64,000 nucleotides of DNA from a bacterium (GTDB taxonomy: Bacteria; UBA8248). Within the stretch, counting starts at the first letter, position 1. Every line of letters begins with the position of its first letter. Positions 39,965 through 49,811 of this stretch are shown one piece after another. The stretch is taken from positions 32,001 through 96,000 of the forward strand of contig CBDCRP010000003.1 in NCBI GenBank assembly GCA_965221165.1. The letters run 5' to 3'. The position numbers were made by a program, and so were the translations under genes. The notes under the pieces are model-generated. The model searched no databases and was not told the DNA's origin. It saw only the letters and a list, made by a program, of their open reading frames with translations.

Positions 39965-40831
39965 CTATTCGTTGTCCTGTGAAATATCCAGCGCCTGGCA
40001 AATGAGGCGACGGGGCAAGACCTCGCACATCAGCTTGCGGTATTCCGCCGATGCGCGAATGTCGTCAATCGGCGTCGCAACGGCGGCGCATGCCTCCGCG
40101 GCCTTTTGAGCCAACTCGAGGTTTACCATATTGCCTTCGAGAATTTTCTCCGCCTCATAGCAGCGGATCGGAGCCGCCGTAACGGAACCCAGTGAAATGC
40201 CCGCTTCCTCCACCTTCTTGCGCCTCACCTTCAACACGACCGCCACGCCCACCACGGTGATGGCCATGGCGTTGCGGCGGGCGAGTTTGTAATACCCCCA
40301 CTTGTGGTTCCTGCCGGGGGAGGGGAAAGTCACGGCGGTGATCAACTCATCCGCTCTGATGGCCGTCTGGCGGTATCCGGTGAGGAATTTATCGAGGTCG
40401 ACCGTTCTTCTTCCTTTTTCGCTGGCGAGCCTCACCTTCGCTTTCAGGGCGAGCAGGGGAGGAACGGCGTCGGCCGCAGGCCCCCCGTCGATGATGTTGC
40501 CGGCCACCGTAGCGCGGTTTCGGATGATCGGCCCTGCGAATTTCTCCGCCATCGCCGCCAGAACGGGCGCTTCCTTGAGGATAATCTTGTTTGTCAGTAA
40601 ATCCGTCATCGTGGCGAGGGCGCCCAGCTTCACTACCCCTTTGGATGAGGATATGCCCCGCAGCGCAGGAACCCGCATCAGGTCGATGACGACTTTCGCC
40701 GGGCCGTCGTGCTGATGCCTGAGATCGGGCAGGAAATTGGTGCCTCCGGCAATGTATTTTGTGTTTCTGCCTTTTGCCGCCTTTAAGGTCGCCGATAAGG
40801 TCGTCGGCGCCACGAATTCAAAACCACGCAT
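39965..40831 (-). CDS. FAD-binding medium subunit of a Mo-hydroxylase (CoxM-like)
   Basis: IAGGTN, IRNRATVAGN, DDIRASAEYR; SD GAGGAG. Confidence 0.92.
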   Translation of the reverse strand: MRGFEFVAPTTLSATLKAAKGRNTKYIAGGTNFLPDLRHQHDGPAKVVIDLMRVPALRGISSSKGVVKLGALATMTDLLTNKIILKEAPVLAAMAEKFAGPIIRNRATVAGNIIDGGPAADAVPPLLALKAKVRLASEKGRRTVDLDKFLTGYRQTAIRADELITAVTFPSPGRNHKWGYYKLARRNAMAITVVGVAVVLKVRRKKVEEAGISLGSVTAAPIRCYEAEKILEGNMVNLELAQKAAEACAAVATPIDDIRASAEYRKLMCEVLPRRLICQALDISQDNE

Positions 40832-41129
40832 AGACGAAATCTCTCCTCAATCATCTGAAATAGAATATAACCACACCTGTCATGAAAACTGAAAACGATG
40901 CCGAATCATACCCGACAGAAGGGGATCAAGGAAAACGCTCGGAGTGTTGTGTCAGCCAGCATCCCCTGGTGAACTGGCCGGACAAGTAGTTCTCACTCTC
41001 ATACGGGCGGCGTTACCCTATCAACTGCCACTCTTCCTAGTCAAGCGAAACAGCCCTTGCGGGCCAATTTGCGCAAAGCGTAAGATTGGCTGTAAAAGTA
41101 GCATTTTTCAACATTTGAAGGTAGCCCGA

Positions 41130-42542
41130 ATGAACGAGACGAGCGAAGCCATGAAGAGCGAAAGCGCGAAACCCCTGCGGCTCGCCCTGGCGAATCTGGG
41201 GTGTAAGCTCAATCACGCCGAGGGCGAAGCCATGAAGCATCTGAGCGCCGGGGCCGGGTTCGAGCTCGTTCCGTTTGACGCCGAGGCGGACGTCTACGTC
41301 GTCAACAGTTGCACGGTCACGGCGGAAGCCGACCGCGAGGGCAGGCGGTTGGCGCGCAGAGCGCGGCGGTTGGGCGGCGCAAACGCCCGGGTCGTCATCG
41401 CGGGATGCTCCGCCCAGGCGAACGCGGAGAAAATGCTGATCCCAGAAGCGGATCTCCTGCTCGGGAACAGGGAAAAGCTCAGGCTCCCCGATGAGCTGGC
41501 TAAACCGCTGCTGAGAAATGAGACGCCCGAGATGCGGGTTTCTCCCATCGAGGAGAGCCTTGATATCGAGAGCGTCGTCCTGCCTCAGTTCGGCAGCCGG
41601 ACGCGGGCGTACCTCAAGGTGCAGGACGGCTGCAACTTTTCCTGCTCTTTTTGCGCGACGACCATCGCGCGCGGCCAAAGCCGCTCCCTGGCGGTGGAAT
41701 CATGCGTGGAGCACGCCGATACCCTTCTTGCGGGCAGACACGAAGAGTTGGTCCTCACCGGAATCCATCTCGGCGCATACGGCAGGGACATGAAGCCGCG
41801 CAGCACACTGAGCCGCCTGGTGAGCCGATTGCTGGAGATGAAAAGAAATTTCCGCCTCAGGCTCTCCTCCGTGGAGCCGGGGGAATTCACGCGCGAACTC
41901 ATCCGCGTCGTGGCGGGCGAGGCGTACGGTGCAGGCGCGTTGAGCGAGGGGAGTTACGTCTGCCGCCATTTCCACATACCCGTCCAGAGCGGAGACGATG
42001 AAACGCTCGCGGCGATGAACCGCAATTACACCGCTGCGCGCTGCGCGAGCCGTTTCGATGAAATCGCGAAGAAAATAGAAGGGGCGTGTCTCGGCGGAGA
42101 TTTTATTGTCGGTTTTCCCGGCGAGAGCAAAGAGGCGTTCGAGCGAACCATGGAATGGGTGCGGGAATCGCCTCTGGCGTATCTGCACGTTTTTCCGTAT
42201 TCGCCGCGAGAGGGTACGGCGGCCATCGAAATGCCGGGGCAAATACCAAAAGCCGAGCAGAAAGTCCGGGCGCGCGCACTGCAAGAATTGGGACGAAGAA
42301 AATGGGCTGCGTTCGTATCCTCCCAAACGGAGAGGGAGACGGACGTGTTGTTCGAGAGCCGCCGCGCAGAAGACGGCTTTCTCACCGGCTTGTCGGATAA
42401 CTACATTCGCGTGTTGGCCTCCGGTCCCGATGAATGGATAGGCCGCACGGTTCGGGTACGACTGGCGCCTTTGCGCGACAAATGTCAATTTTCCCGCATC
42501 GCCGCAAGGTCGGACGCCTTAAGGGGAGAGTTCGCGCCATGA
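41130..42542 (+). CDS. mtaB: tRNA methylthiotransferase MtaB (radical SAM)
   Basis: LGCKLN, NSCTVT, KVQDGCNFSCSFC, LTGIHLG.YG, VGFPGE, HVFPYS.R.GT. Confidence 0.9.
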   Translation: MNETSEAMKSESAKPLRLALANLGCKLNHAEGEAMKHLSAGAGFELVPFDAEADVYVVNSCTVTAEADREGRRLARRARRLGGANARVVIAGCSAQANAEKMLIPEADLLLGNREKLRLPDELAKPLLRNETPEMRVSPIEESLDIESVVLPQFGSRTRAYLKVQDGCNFSCSFCATTIARGQSRSLAVESCVEHADTLLAGRHEELVLTGIHLGAYGRDMKPRSTLSRLVSRLLEMKRNFRLRLSSVEPGEFTRELIRVVAGEAYGAGALSEGSYVCRHFHIPVQSGDDETLAAMNRNYTAARCASRFDEIAKKIEGACLGGDFIVGFPGESKEAFERTMEWVRESPLAYLHVFPYSPREGTAAIEMPGQIPKAEQKVRARALQELGRRKWAAFVSSQTERETDVLFESRRAEDGFLTGLSDNYIRVLASGPDEWIGRTVRVRLAPLRDKCQFSRIAARSDALRGEFAP

Positions 42543-43426
42543 CGGACGATCAATCGCGCCCGAATCCTTTCCATGAGGGCGCTCCCGATTTCGAAGAGGA
42601 AAGCGGTGCTCAGCCGCTGGTCACGCTTCTCACGGATTTCGGGAGCGATGAGCACTATGCGGGAGTGATGAAGGGCGTTGTCCTTGCGATAAATCCGGTA
42701 GCCCGGATCGTGGATATCACCCACGCCATCAGGCCTTACGACGTAAGGGGCGCATCGTTGATCCTGGGTTCTTCGGCGCATTATTTTCCGCGCGGGACCA
42801 TTCATGTGGCGGTCGTGGACCCGGGCGTGGGAAGCAGCCGCAGGGGACTGATCGCCGCTACGGAAAACTATTATTTCGTGGGTCCGGACAACGGCCTGTT
42901 TTCCTGCGTATACGACGACCCGCTCTACATGTGGACGCGAGAGCTCGAAGAAGATGCTTTTTTCCTGAATGAGGTGAGTTCCACCTTCCACGGCCGGGAC
43001 ATTTTCGCGCCCGTAGCGGGCCACCTCTCCTACGGGGTTCCACCAGAGGATTTCGGCTCCGTCATCACCGACCCGGTGCGCTTCGATTTTCCCTCGGTGG
43101 AATTCGAGGACGCCGACACCATCACCGGCGAGGTCATCTACGTCGATCACTACGGGAACCTGGTGACGAACATCGACACCACCACTTTCTGGCGTTTCGA
43201 TTATACCGAGGACGATTCCGCGCACCTGCCGGTCATCGAAATCAGCGGCCATGTCATCAACGGGGTGAGCGAATACTACCAGGCGGTGAAGGCGGGCGAT
43301 CTCGGGGCGCAGTTCAACAGTTGGACGCGGCTCGAGATATTCGTGCCCGAAGGAAACGCCGCGCAATTACTGGGAGCGGGCATCGGTGAAAAGGTGAAGG
43401 TGCACATGGCGCATATGAAGATATAG
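42539..43426 (+). CDS. SAM hydroxide adenosyltransferase (DUF62, fluorinase/chlorinase superfamily)
   Basis: TLLTDFG, VVDPGVG, GPDNG, STFHGRDIFAP, VDHYGNL. Confidence 0.9.
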   Translation: MTDDQSRPNPFHEGAPDFEEESGAQPLVTLLTDFGSDEHYAGVMKGVVLAINPVARIVDITHAIRPYDVRGASLILGSSAHYFPRGTIHVAVVDPGVGSSRRGLIAATENYYFVGPDNGLFSCVYDDPLYMWTRELEEDAFFLNEVSSTFHGRDIFAPVAGHLSYGVPPEDFGSVITDPVRFDFPSVEFEDADTITGEVIYVDHYGNLVTNIDTTTFWRFDYTEDDSAHLPVIEISGHVINGVSEYYQAVKAGDLGAQFNSWTRLEIFVPEGNAAQLLGAGIGEKVKVHMAHMKI

Positions 43427-43487
43427 TTTTGGTGTTTATCGTTGGGGTTCGAGACTATGGCGATGAAACAAAAGGAGAGAGAAGACA

Positions 43488-44144
43488 ATGGATAACGCCC
43501 CTGTACGGTTCACGGTATACAGTGATTTTTTGTGACCCTGGTGCTTTAACTCGGCCGTGCGCCTGAAGAAGATAAAAGAAGAATACGGAGAGAAAGTAGA
43601 TATTCAGTATCGGGTTTTCATGCTGAGGCCCGAGCCGGACCCCACGGCGGTGTTCAACGATTACCGCAGAAACCACTGGACGAACGCGAATTCGCAGCCC
43701 GATTCCGGTGATTTCACCTTATGGGAGAGCGAGGAGGAATTCCCGAACTGCTCGATGCCGTCTGCAGAAGCGGGGCTGGCGGCGAGATTCCAGGGACCCG
43801 AAGAGTGGGAAAAATTTCACGACAATCTTCTGGCCGCTTTCTTCACGGAAAACCGGAACATCTCGGACAAGAAAACCGTGGGCGACGTGGCGGAGGAAAG
43901 CGGCCTGGACATGGACAGGTACCGCGACGCTATTGAAAACGGGAGTTTGAAGGAAAAAGCCGTCAAGGAATACATGGAGGCCACGAATTTGGGGATAACG
44001 GGCATCCCCTCCGTAGTCGTGAACGATCGCGCGGTCATGGTCGGCGCGGTGCCGGCCGAACAATACAGATACGTCATCGACAGCATCCTTGAGACCGGTG
44101 AATTGCCTGGACGCGCACCCGGCGAGTTGCCAATCGCGGACTGA
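43488..44144 (+). CDS. DsbA/FrnE-like thioredoxin-fold oxidoreductase; probable selenoprotein (TGA 43533-43535, UPWC motif)
   Basis: SD AAGGAG, ATG 43488, MDNAPVRFTVYSDFL-U-PWCFNSAVRLKK in frame with ORF 43557..44144; C-terminal cis-Pro GITGIPS and GAVP. Confidence 0.85.
43544..43568 (+). promoter_or_regulatory. Weak SECIS-like hairpin after the UGA
   Basis: CUUUA/UGAAG lower stem, 4-nt bulge, GGC/GCC upper stem, loop CGUGC starting 21 nt after UGA. Confidence 0.4.
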
Positions 44145-44186
44145 AGCAGCCTCTGTGGATGCGCCAGGAAACGAGGAGTCTTTCTT

Positions 44187-45179
44187 CTGAATCCTTCTGA
44201 TCTCAAAGGCTACATAACCGATGTTCCGGGCTTTTATCTCGGCCACGCGCACGATGATGGGGCCAAAACGGGCGTCTCCGTGGTGCTTTGTCCGCCCGGA
44301 ACCGTCGGGGCGTGCGAATTGCGCGGCACGGCGACGGCCACGCGCGGTATGGATGCTTTGCGCGCAGAACACCTTGTCGGAGGCGTGGATGCGATCGTCC
44401 TGACGGGAGGAAGCGCATTCGGCTTGGCCTCTGCAGACGGCGTCATGGCCTTCCTGGAAGAGCAGGGCAGGGGATTTCCCACCGGGCGGTTCAACGTGCC
44501 CACGGTCGCCGCCGGAGTGCTGTTCGACCTGCATTTCGGTGATGGCCGAGTCCGTCCGGACGCCGCCATGGGACGCGCCGCATGCGAGGCGGCCTCGAAC
44601 GCCGAAGGCCCCCAGGGAAGCGTGGGCGCGGGCGCGGGAGCCACGATAGGGAAACTGTTCGGCCAGGAGCGCGCCATGAAGGGCGGCATGGGGACGGCGA
44701 GCGTTGAGCTGCCGGGGGGCGGCGTCGTGGGCGCGGTTGCCGCGGTGAACGCCTTCGGCGGCATCTATGATCCTGAGACGGGAAATCCCCTCGCAGGGCC
44801 GAGGGCGATGCCTCCTGACCAAGGAATCGTGAATACGGAAGAGCACTTGAGGATCCACGGAAGACCCTTCGAGGGATTTTCCAACACTTCCGAGAATACG
44901 ACGCTCGTAGCTGTCGCGACGAATGCCTCCTTGACGAAAACCGAAACCCACAAACTCGCCCAGTTGGCGACGAACGGGCTCATTCGTACGGTCCGTCCTT
45001 CTTTTACGACGGTGGATGGAGACATGGTGTTCGCACTCTCCCGCGGGGAGCGAGAGGTGGCTCTCGACGTCGTCGGGGCTGCCGCCATGACGGCCGTCGG
45101 CCACGCGATATGCCGCGCGGTGATGGAGGCCGACGGCGGAGGCATCCTCCCCGCCTGGCGCGATCTTCCCGCATCGTAA
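44187..45179 (+). CDS. Peptidase family S58 (DmpA/P1 peptidase); probable CTG start at 44187
   Basis: ITDVPGF.LGH...TGVSVV upstream of the GTG at 44280, LTGGSAFGL, VGAGAGA, ENTT, DGDMVFA; SD GAGGAG 8 nt before CTG. Confidence 0.88.
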   Translation: MNPSDLKGYITDVPGFYLGHAHDDGAKTGVSVVLCPPGTVGACELRGTATATRGMDALRAEHLVGGVDAIVLTGGSAFGLASADGVMAFLEEQGRGFPTGRFNVPTVAAGVLFDLHFGDGRVRPDAAMGRAACEAASNAEGPQGSVGAGAGATIGKLFGQERAMKGGMGTASVELPGGGVVGAVAAVNAFGGIYDPETGNPLAGPRAMPPDQGIVNTEEHLRIHGRPFEGFSNTSENTTLVAVATNASLTKTETHKLAQLATNGLIRTVRPSFTTVDGDMVFALSRGEREVALDVVGAAAMTAVGHAICRAVMEADGGGILPAWRDLPAS

Positions 45180-46408
45180 TGACCTCTGATGCGCAAAAAC
45201 CGGTTTGGAGATTCGGCGATTATTTTGATCTAAGCGTCATCGGCTTGACCCACGGGCTGAGCGATGGGTTTTCCAACATGCTCGTTCCCGTTCTCGCGCT
45301 CATCGTCATCGAGCTCGAACTCTCGCCCTTCGAAGTGGGAGTCCTGCTCAGCACTTTCAGTCTGGGGCAGATGATCTTTCAATACCCCCTTTCCATACTG
45401 GCGGATAATACGGGCGCCAGAAAACGAATCCTGCTGATGGGTATGGGCGTTTCCGCTGCGTCTTTCATTGCGATGATGTGGGTGAGCCGGTTCTTGCCGA
45501 TGTGCGCCCTGGCGTTTCTGGCGGGCGCGGGAAATTCCGTCTACCACCCGTGCGGAACGGCGCTGGCGGCGAATCGCTTCGAGCGCGACCGCGCATTCGC
45601 CATTTCTTGGCACAGCCTGGGCGGCAACCTCGGAACCAGCATCCTCCCGCTGGCCCAGGCGGCGCTGGCGGCGGTAGCCGGATGGCGCGCGGCCATCGGC
45701 GCTTGCGCGGCTCCCGCCATTGCGCTCCTCCCTCTGGTGAGCGCCCGGTTCAGCGATGGGGAAAATAGATCCATCCGCGAAGCGGGAAAAACGGCGGACC
45801 TGAAAGTCTTCTCCATCATCAGGCGGGTCGTCGAGAACAGAAACACGGTGTGGCTGGCGGCGACCTACACCTTCCGGAGCATGTGCACCAAGGGAATGAT
45901 TGGTTTTCTGCCCCTGCTGGCGACCTCGAAGCTGGGGATGAACACGGCGCAAATCGGCGTGGCCGTATCGCTCCATTTCGGGTTCGGCATGTTGGCCAAG
46001 CCATTGATGGGAATCCTGTATAACCGCTGGGGGGCGAGGGCCGCCCTGTTCTGGCCCATGACGTTACTGGGAGTCTTCGTTTTCGCCCTGCCGTTCATGC
46101 AGTGGGAAACGGGTTTTTATATTCTATCCGCATTGACGGGCGTCGTCGGGTTCGTGAGCCCGATTATCCTCACCGCGGCGGCTGATTTTTCGGAGAGAGA
46201 CATTCTCACTTCATCCGTAGGCTTTATCTACACTTGCCACGGCTTGAGTTTTCTCGCCCCCTTGTTGGGCGGGTGGCTCGCCGGGCAGGTGAATCTGGAT
46301 GCGAGCTATTTTTGTTTTGCGATCATGGGTTGGCTGGCCGTTTCGACGTCGGCGCAGTTGCGAGGCAAAAAGCAAAAACCTGACGACTCGAGGAGAGAGA
46401 CGACATGA
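45179..46408 (+). CDS. MFS transporter
   Basis: About 12 TM helices, LADNTGARK motif A-like, GNSVYHP, GGNLG. Confidence 0.88.
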   Translation: MTSDAQKPVWRFGDYFDLSVIGLTHGLSDGFSNMLVPVLALIVIELELSPFEVGVLLSTFSLGQMIFQYPLSILADNTGARKRILLMGMGVSAASFIAMMWVSRFLPMCALAFLAGAGNSVYHPCGTALAANRFERDRAFAISWHSLGGNLGTSILPLAQAALAAVAGWRAAIGACAAPAIALLPLVSARFSDGENRSIREAGKTADLKVFSIIRRVVENRNTVWLAATYTFRSMCTKGMIGFLPLLATSKLGMNTAQIGVAVSLHFGFGMLAKPLMGILYNRWGARAALFWPMTLLGVFVFALPFMQWETGFYILSALTGVVGFVSPIILTAAADFSERDILTSSVGFIYTCHGLSFLAPLLGGWLAGQVNLDASYFCFAIMGWLAVSTSAQLRGKKQKPDDSRRETT

Positions 46409-46797
46409 CGCGAGAGTATTTCAAGGGCGCCTGGCAGGAGGATCGCTCGTTTTCGCCAGCGGTGAAGACGAAAGGAGGCGAGCAGATATGGCTGGCCGGC
46501 GTAGGGGCGTGGCGCGATGATGAGGGGAACGTGCTGGCGGGGGATTTCGACGCGCAGGTGCACGCCACGTTTCGCCAGATGGAGCGCACCCTGGAGCGGG
46601 CCGGCGGAAAACTTCAGGATATCGTGACGATGACGGTGTTCACTCTCGACGTCCAGTACGGGGGTCGCTTCGTCGAGCTCAGAAAGCAGTATTTCCCGGA
46701 TGGATATCCCGGCAGCGCCTTGATCACGGTGGCGGGTTTCGCCAAACCGGAAATGATGGTCGAAATACAGGCCATCGCCGTCGTGGGCGAGGAGTAG
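46405..46797 (+). CDS. RidA/YjgF family protein
   Basis: IWLAG, LERAGG.LQDIV, R.QYF...YP.SAL, VEIQAIA. Confidence 0.88.
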   Translation: MTREYFKGAWQEDRSFSPAVKTKGGEQIWLAGVGAWRDDEGNVLAGDFDAQVHATFRQMERTLERAGGKLQDIVTMTVFTLDVQYGGRFVELRKQYFPDGYPGSALITVAGFAKPEMMVEIQAIAVVGEE

Positions 46798-47004
46798 CAT
46801 AGGAGGCGCAGAGCGAGGCTCCAGATTTGCCGCCTTCGGTAAAGGATGCTAGTCTCGAAAAATTATTGAAACGCTTCCGGGTGGTGAGCGGGCGCCGCGT
46901 TTTTCATAATACATCCGGTCTGTGGCCCTCATCAGTGCGGCGAATCATCTCGCCATCCGAACGAAGCGTATGCTGCCGCTTTCTCGACAGGAATTCTCTT
47001 ATCC

Positions 47005-47814
47005 ATGTCCCCATCCGATAACGGCACGAATCCAACGCTGCGCCTTCAGGGCGTCGGGAAATGGTTCGGCTCCCTCCATGTGCTCGATGAAATCGACATC
47101 GACGTGAAGACACAGGAAATCCTGACGATTCTTGGTCCCAGCGGGTGCGGGAAGACGACGCTTCTTCGGATCGTGAACGGACTCATTTTCTGCGAGAGGG
47201 GAGAGGTTTCCTTCAAAGGAGAGGTGGTCACCGGTCCGAGGCCGGAGATGGCCATGGTTTTCCAGAACTTTGGGCTTTTCCCCTGGAAGCGCCTCGACCA
47301 GAACATCGGCTACGCGCTCAGGATACAGGGTAAGGAGAAGGGCGAAATCGACAGCCTCGTGAGCCACTACACGGAGCTGGTGGGTCTGGAGGGCTTTGAG
47401 GCGAACTACCCCTCGCAATTATCGGGGGGTATGCAGCAAAGAGCGGGCCTGGCGCGTGCGCTCGCCGCACAGCCCGACGTTTTGCTGATGGATGAGCCTT
47501 TCGGCGCGCTCGATGCGCTGACGCGTGAAACGCTGCAGGAGGAGTTGCTGCGCATCAACGAGGTGGAACCCAAGGCGATGATATTCATCACCCACAGCAT
47601 CGACGAGGCGCTTCTGCTCGGGGATCGCGTTCTGGTGATGACGCCCAGACCGGGGAGAATACGCTTTCAGTTCGAAACCGGCTTCGGCCGCGGCAGAGAC
47701 CTGGAAGAACTCCGGGGCGGCAAGCGCTTTCAGGCGCTGCGCCATTACCTCTGGGAAGCCATGCGCAATCCCGACGAAGAGCCGGAACCCATTCCCGAAC
47801 TTATCGCTGAATAG
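47005..47814 (+). CDS. NitT/TauT-type ABC transporter ATP-binding protein
   Basis: GPSGCGKT, LSGGMQQR, LLMDEPFGALD, ITHSIDEA. Confidence 0.93.
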   Translation: MSPSDNGTNPTLRLQGVGKWFGSLHVLDEIDIDVKTQEILTILGPSGCGKTTLLRIVNGLIFCERGEVSFKGEVVTGPRPEMAMVFQNFGLFPWKRLDQNIGYALRIQGKEKGEIDSLVSHYTELVGLEGFEANYPSQLSGGMQQRAGLARALAAQPDVLLMDEPFGALDALTRETLQEELLRINEVEPKAMIFITHSIDEALLLGDRVLVMTPRPGRIRFQFETGFGRGRDLEELRGGKRFQALRHYLWEAMRNPDEEPEPIPELIAE

Positions 47815-47828
47815 GAGGCATCAGTCCT

Positions 47829-48653
47829 TTGGCTACCGACGCCCCTGCGGCAACAGGCGTATCGACGGCGGAAAAAGCAACCTGGGAGCGCATCAAGGAA
47901 CCCGCCGTATACGTGCGCTTGATATCGCTGGTGGTCGTCATCGGCGGGTGGGAGTTGATGGGGCTGACCGGCAACATCGATCCGGTCACCTTCAGCTACC
48001 CGAGCGCCATATCCGTCGCGTTCTGGGAACTGATTGAAAGCGGGAAGATGACAGCCGCCGCATACGAGAGTTCGCAAATCCTGGTGGCGGGTCTGCTCAT
48101 CGCGATCCCCTTAGGCATCGTGCTGGGGACCCTCATGGGGCGCTTCCAGATTTTCGAGTACGCCGTGGACACTTACGTGTTCGCGCTCTACGCCACGCCC
48201 GTGGTCGCGCTGGCGTTTCCGATAGCCATGGTTCTGGGTGTGGATTTCGTCGGCAAGACGACCATCGTCGTCTTCTTCGCCATCATGCCGATCATCGTGA
48301 ACGTCTATCACGGCGTGCGGAACGTGGACCTCTCGCTCCTCGAGGTGACGCGCTCTTTCTGCTCAACGGAAAGCCAGAGGTGGCGGGATTTGATTTTCCC
48401 GAGCGTGGTTCCTTATCTCGTCGCGGGCCTGGGGCTCGCGTGCGGACGCGCGTTGGTGGGAATGGTCGTCGCGGAGTTCCTGATGAGCATCTCGGGACTC
48501 GGCGCGCTGAGCCAGGACTACATCGGGGATCTGGAACTGGACAAAGGCCTGGCGCCTGTTGTCTTGTTGATGGCAGTCGGTATAGCTTTAACCAAAGTCG
48601 TGAACGTCTGCGAGACGAAGTTTTCATCCTGGAGGGTTCGGCAAGAGTCCTGA
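47829..48653 (+). CDS. NitT/TauT-type ABC transporter permease
   Basis: TM helices, EAA-like loop, VVAEFL; TTG start with SD GGAGG. Confidence 0.9.
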   Translation: MATDAPAATGVSTAEKATWERIKEPAVYVRLISLVVVIGGWELMGLTGNIDPVTFSYPSAISVAFWELIESGKMTAAAYESSQILVAGLLIAIPLGIVLGTLMGRFQIFEYAVDTYVFALYATPVVALAFPIAMVLGVDFVGKTTIVVFFAIMPIIVNVYHGVRNVDLSLLEVTRSFCSTESQRWRDLIFPSVVPYLVAGLGLACGRALVGMVVAEFLMSISGLGALSQDYIGDLELDKGLAPVVLLMAVGIALTKVVNVCETKFSSWRVRQES

Positions 48654-48709
48654 TGGTGGGCAGCTTGCCGAGACATGAATTTTCTATTCTTCTTAAGGAG
48701 TTTGGTGAA

Positions 48710-49723
48710 ATGAAAAAGACATGGATGGTATTGGTCGCGGCGTTCGTTCTCGCCGCAACGACGTGGAGCGCGCCGGCGCAGTCCGCCGCCGCCGACAAGA
48801 TAGTGCTCGGCATGCCCGTGCGGCCGCCGGTCATGGTGCACCTGCCTGTGTTCTACGCGCTGGACAACGATATTTTCAAGAAGCACGGCCTGGACGTCGA
48901 GATTAAATTCTTCCGGGGCGGCGTCGCCACGCACCGGGCGATAACGAGCAAGAAGAGCGGCCTGGACGCCGCCTGGGTGCCGGCCCCGATTGCGATGGTG
49001 GGCATCACCAAGGGCAGCCGCATGAAGTTTTTCCACTCGATGGCCTACCTGAACGAAGCGCAGATGGCCGGGAACGAGCAGGTCAAGAAGCCGTCCGACT
49101 TGAAGGGCCGCACCATCGGCATCGAGGGGCGCGGCGGATACAGCCACCTGGGCGCGCTCGCCGTCTTGTCGACCGCAGGCCTGGCGGATAAGGACGTGAA
49201 ATACATCAAGACCCCGCCTCCGGCGCGCGTTCCCTTCCTGCTCAAAGGGAAAGCCGACGCCGTGGTCATCCACGTCGAGCAGGTTCTCGTCGTCAAGAAG
49301 AGAAAACCCAGCTTCAACAAGCTGATGGACCTCTGGAAAGCCATGCCGAACTTCTTCTACGGGGCGTTCATCGCGCCGTCTTCGAAGATCAACGCGAACA
49401 AGGACGCCTACGTGCGCTTCGCCATGGCGATGATGCAGTCCAACCGATCCATCTACAAGGACAAGGCGGGCTATCTTAAATCGGCGAACAAATGGGTGCG
49501 TCCCGTCTATAAGAAAAACCCCGAAATCATGTCGAAAACTTATGACATCTTCGTGGCGGAGAAAATCTGGGGCGTGAACAACGGCATCCCCAAGGCCTCG
49601 GTTTCCTTCACGGCGGACTACATGAAGCGCCTCGGCAAAATCAAGGGCAAGGCTCCCTCTTATGAGGACATCGTCGACACGAGCGTGACGAAGGCCGCGC
49701 TCGCCAAGGCAGGCAAGATTTAG
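48710..49723 (+). CDS. NMT1/THI5-like ABC substrate-binding protein
   Basis: Signal peptide MKKTWMVL..., FKKHGLDVEI, DLKGRTIG; SD AAGGAG. Confidence 0.88.
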   Translation: MKKTWMVLVAAFVLAATTWSAPAQSAAADKIVLGMPVRPPVMVHLPVFYALDNDIFKKHGLDVEIKFFRGGVATHRAITSKKSGLDAAWVPAPIAMVGITKGSRMKFFHSMAYLNEAQMAGNEQVKKPSDLKGRTIGIEGRGGYSHLGALAVLSTAGLADKDVKYIKTPPPARVPFLLKGKADAVVIHVEQVLVVKKRKPSFNKLMDLWKAMPNFFYGAFIAPSSKINANKDAYVRFAMAMMQSNRSIYKDKAGYLKSANKWVRPVYKKNPEIMSKTYDIFVAEKIWGVNNGIPKASVSFTADYMKRLGKIKGKAPSYEDIVDTSVTKAALAKAGKI

Positions 49724-49745
49724 ATATCTCATTGCGCGCAAGAGT

Positions 49746-49787
49746 CAGGGCCGCTCGCGCTCTTCGAGTGCGGCGGCCCTGTTCTTT
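49746..49787 (+). terminator. Intrinsic terminator after the ABC operon
   Basis: CAGGGCCGC...GCGGCCCTG stem followed by TTCTTT. Confidence 0.75.
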
Positions 49788-49811
49788 GATAACGAGAAAG
49801 GGAGTAGTAAC

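Noticed and set aside
40832-41045. Possible Moco riboswitch in the leader of the coxM-S-D-E operon (ACACTCCGAGC on the minus strand at 40937-40947)
   Set aside because: The 5' seed resembles the motif, but the GNRA-capped stem and the GCCTCC...GGAAAGG 3' part are not visible; an Rfam cmsearch would be needed.
42539-43426. Fluorinase/chlorinase call
   Set aside because: STFHGRD is the DUF62 SAM-hydrolase signature, and the gene sits in a housekeeping context.
44142-44186. UGA read-through fusing the DsbA-like protein to the in-frame S58 peptidase
   Set aside because: The stop is at the natural domain end rather than at a Cys-equivalent site, and a separate SD precedes the peptidase.
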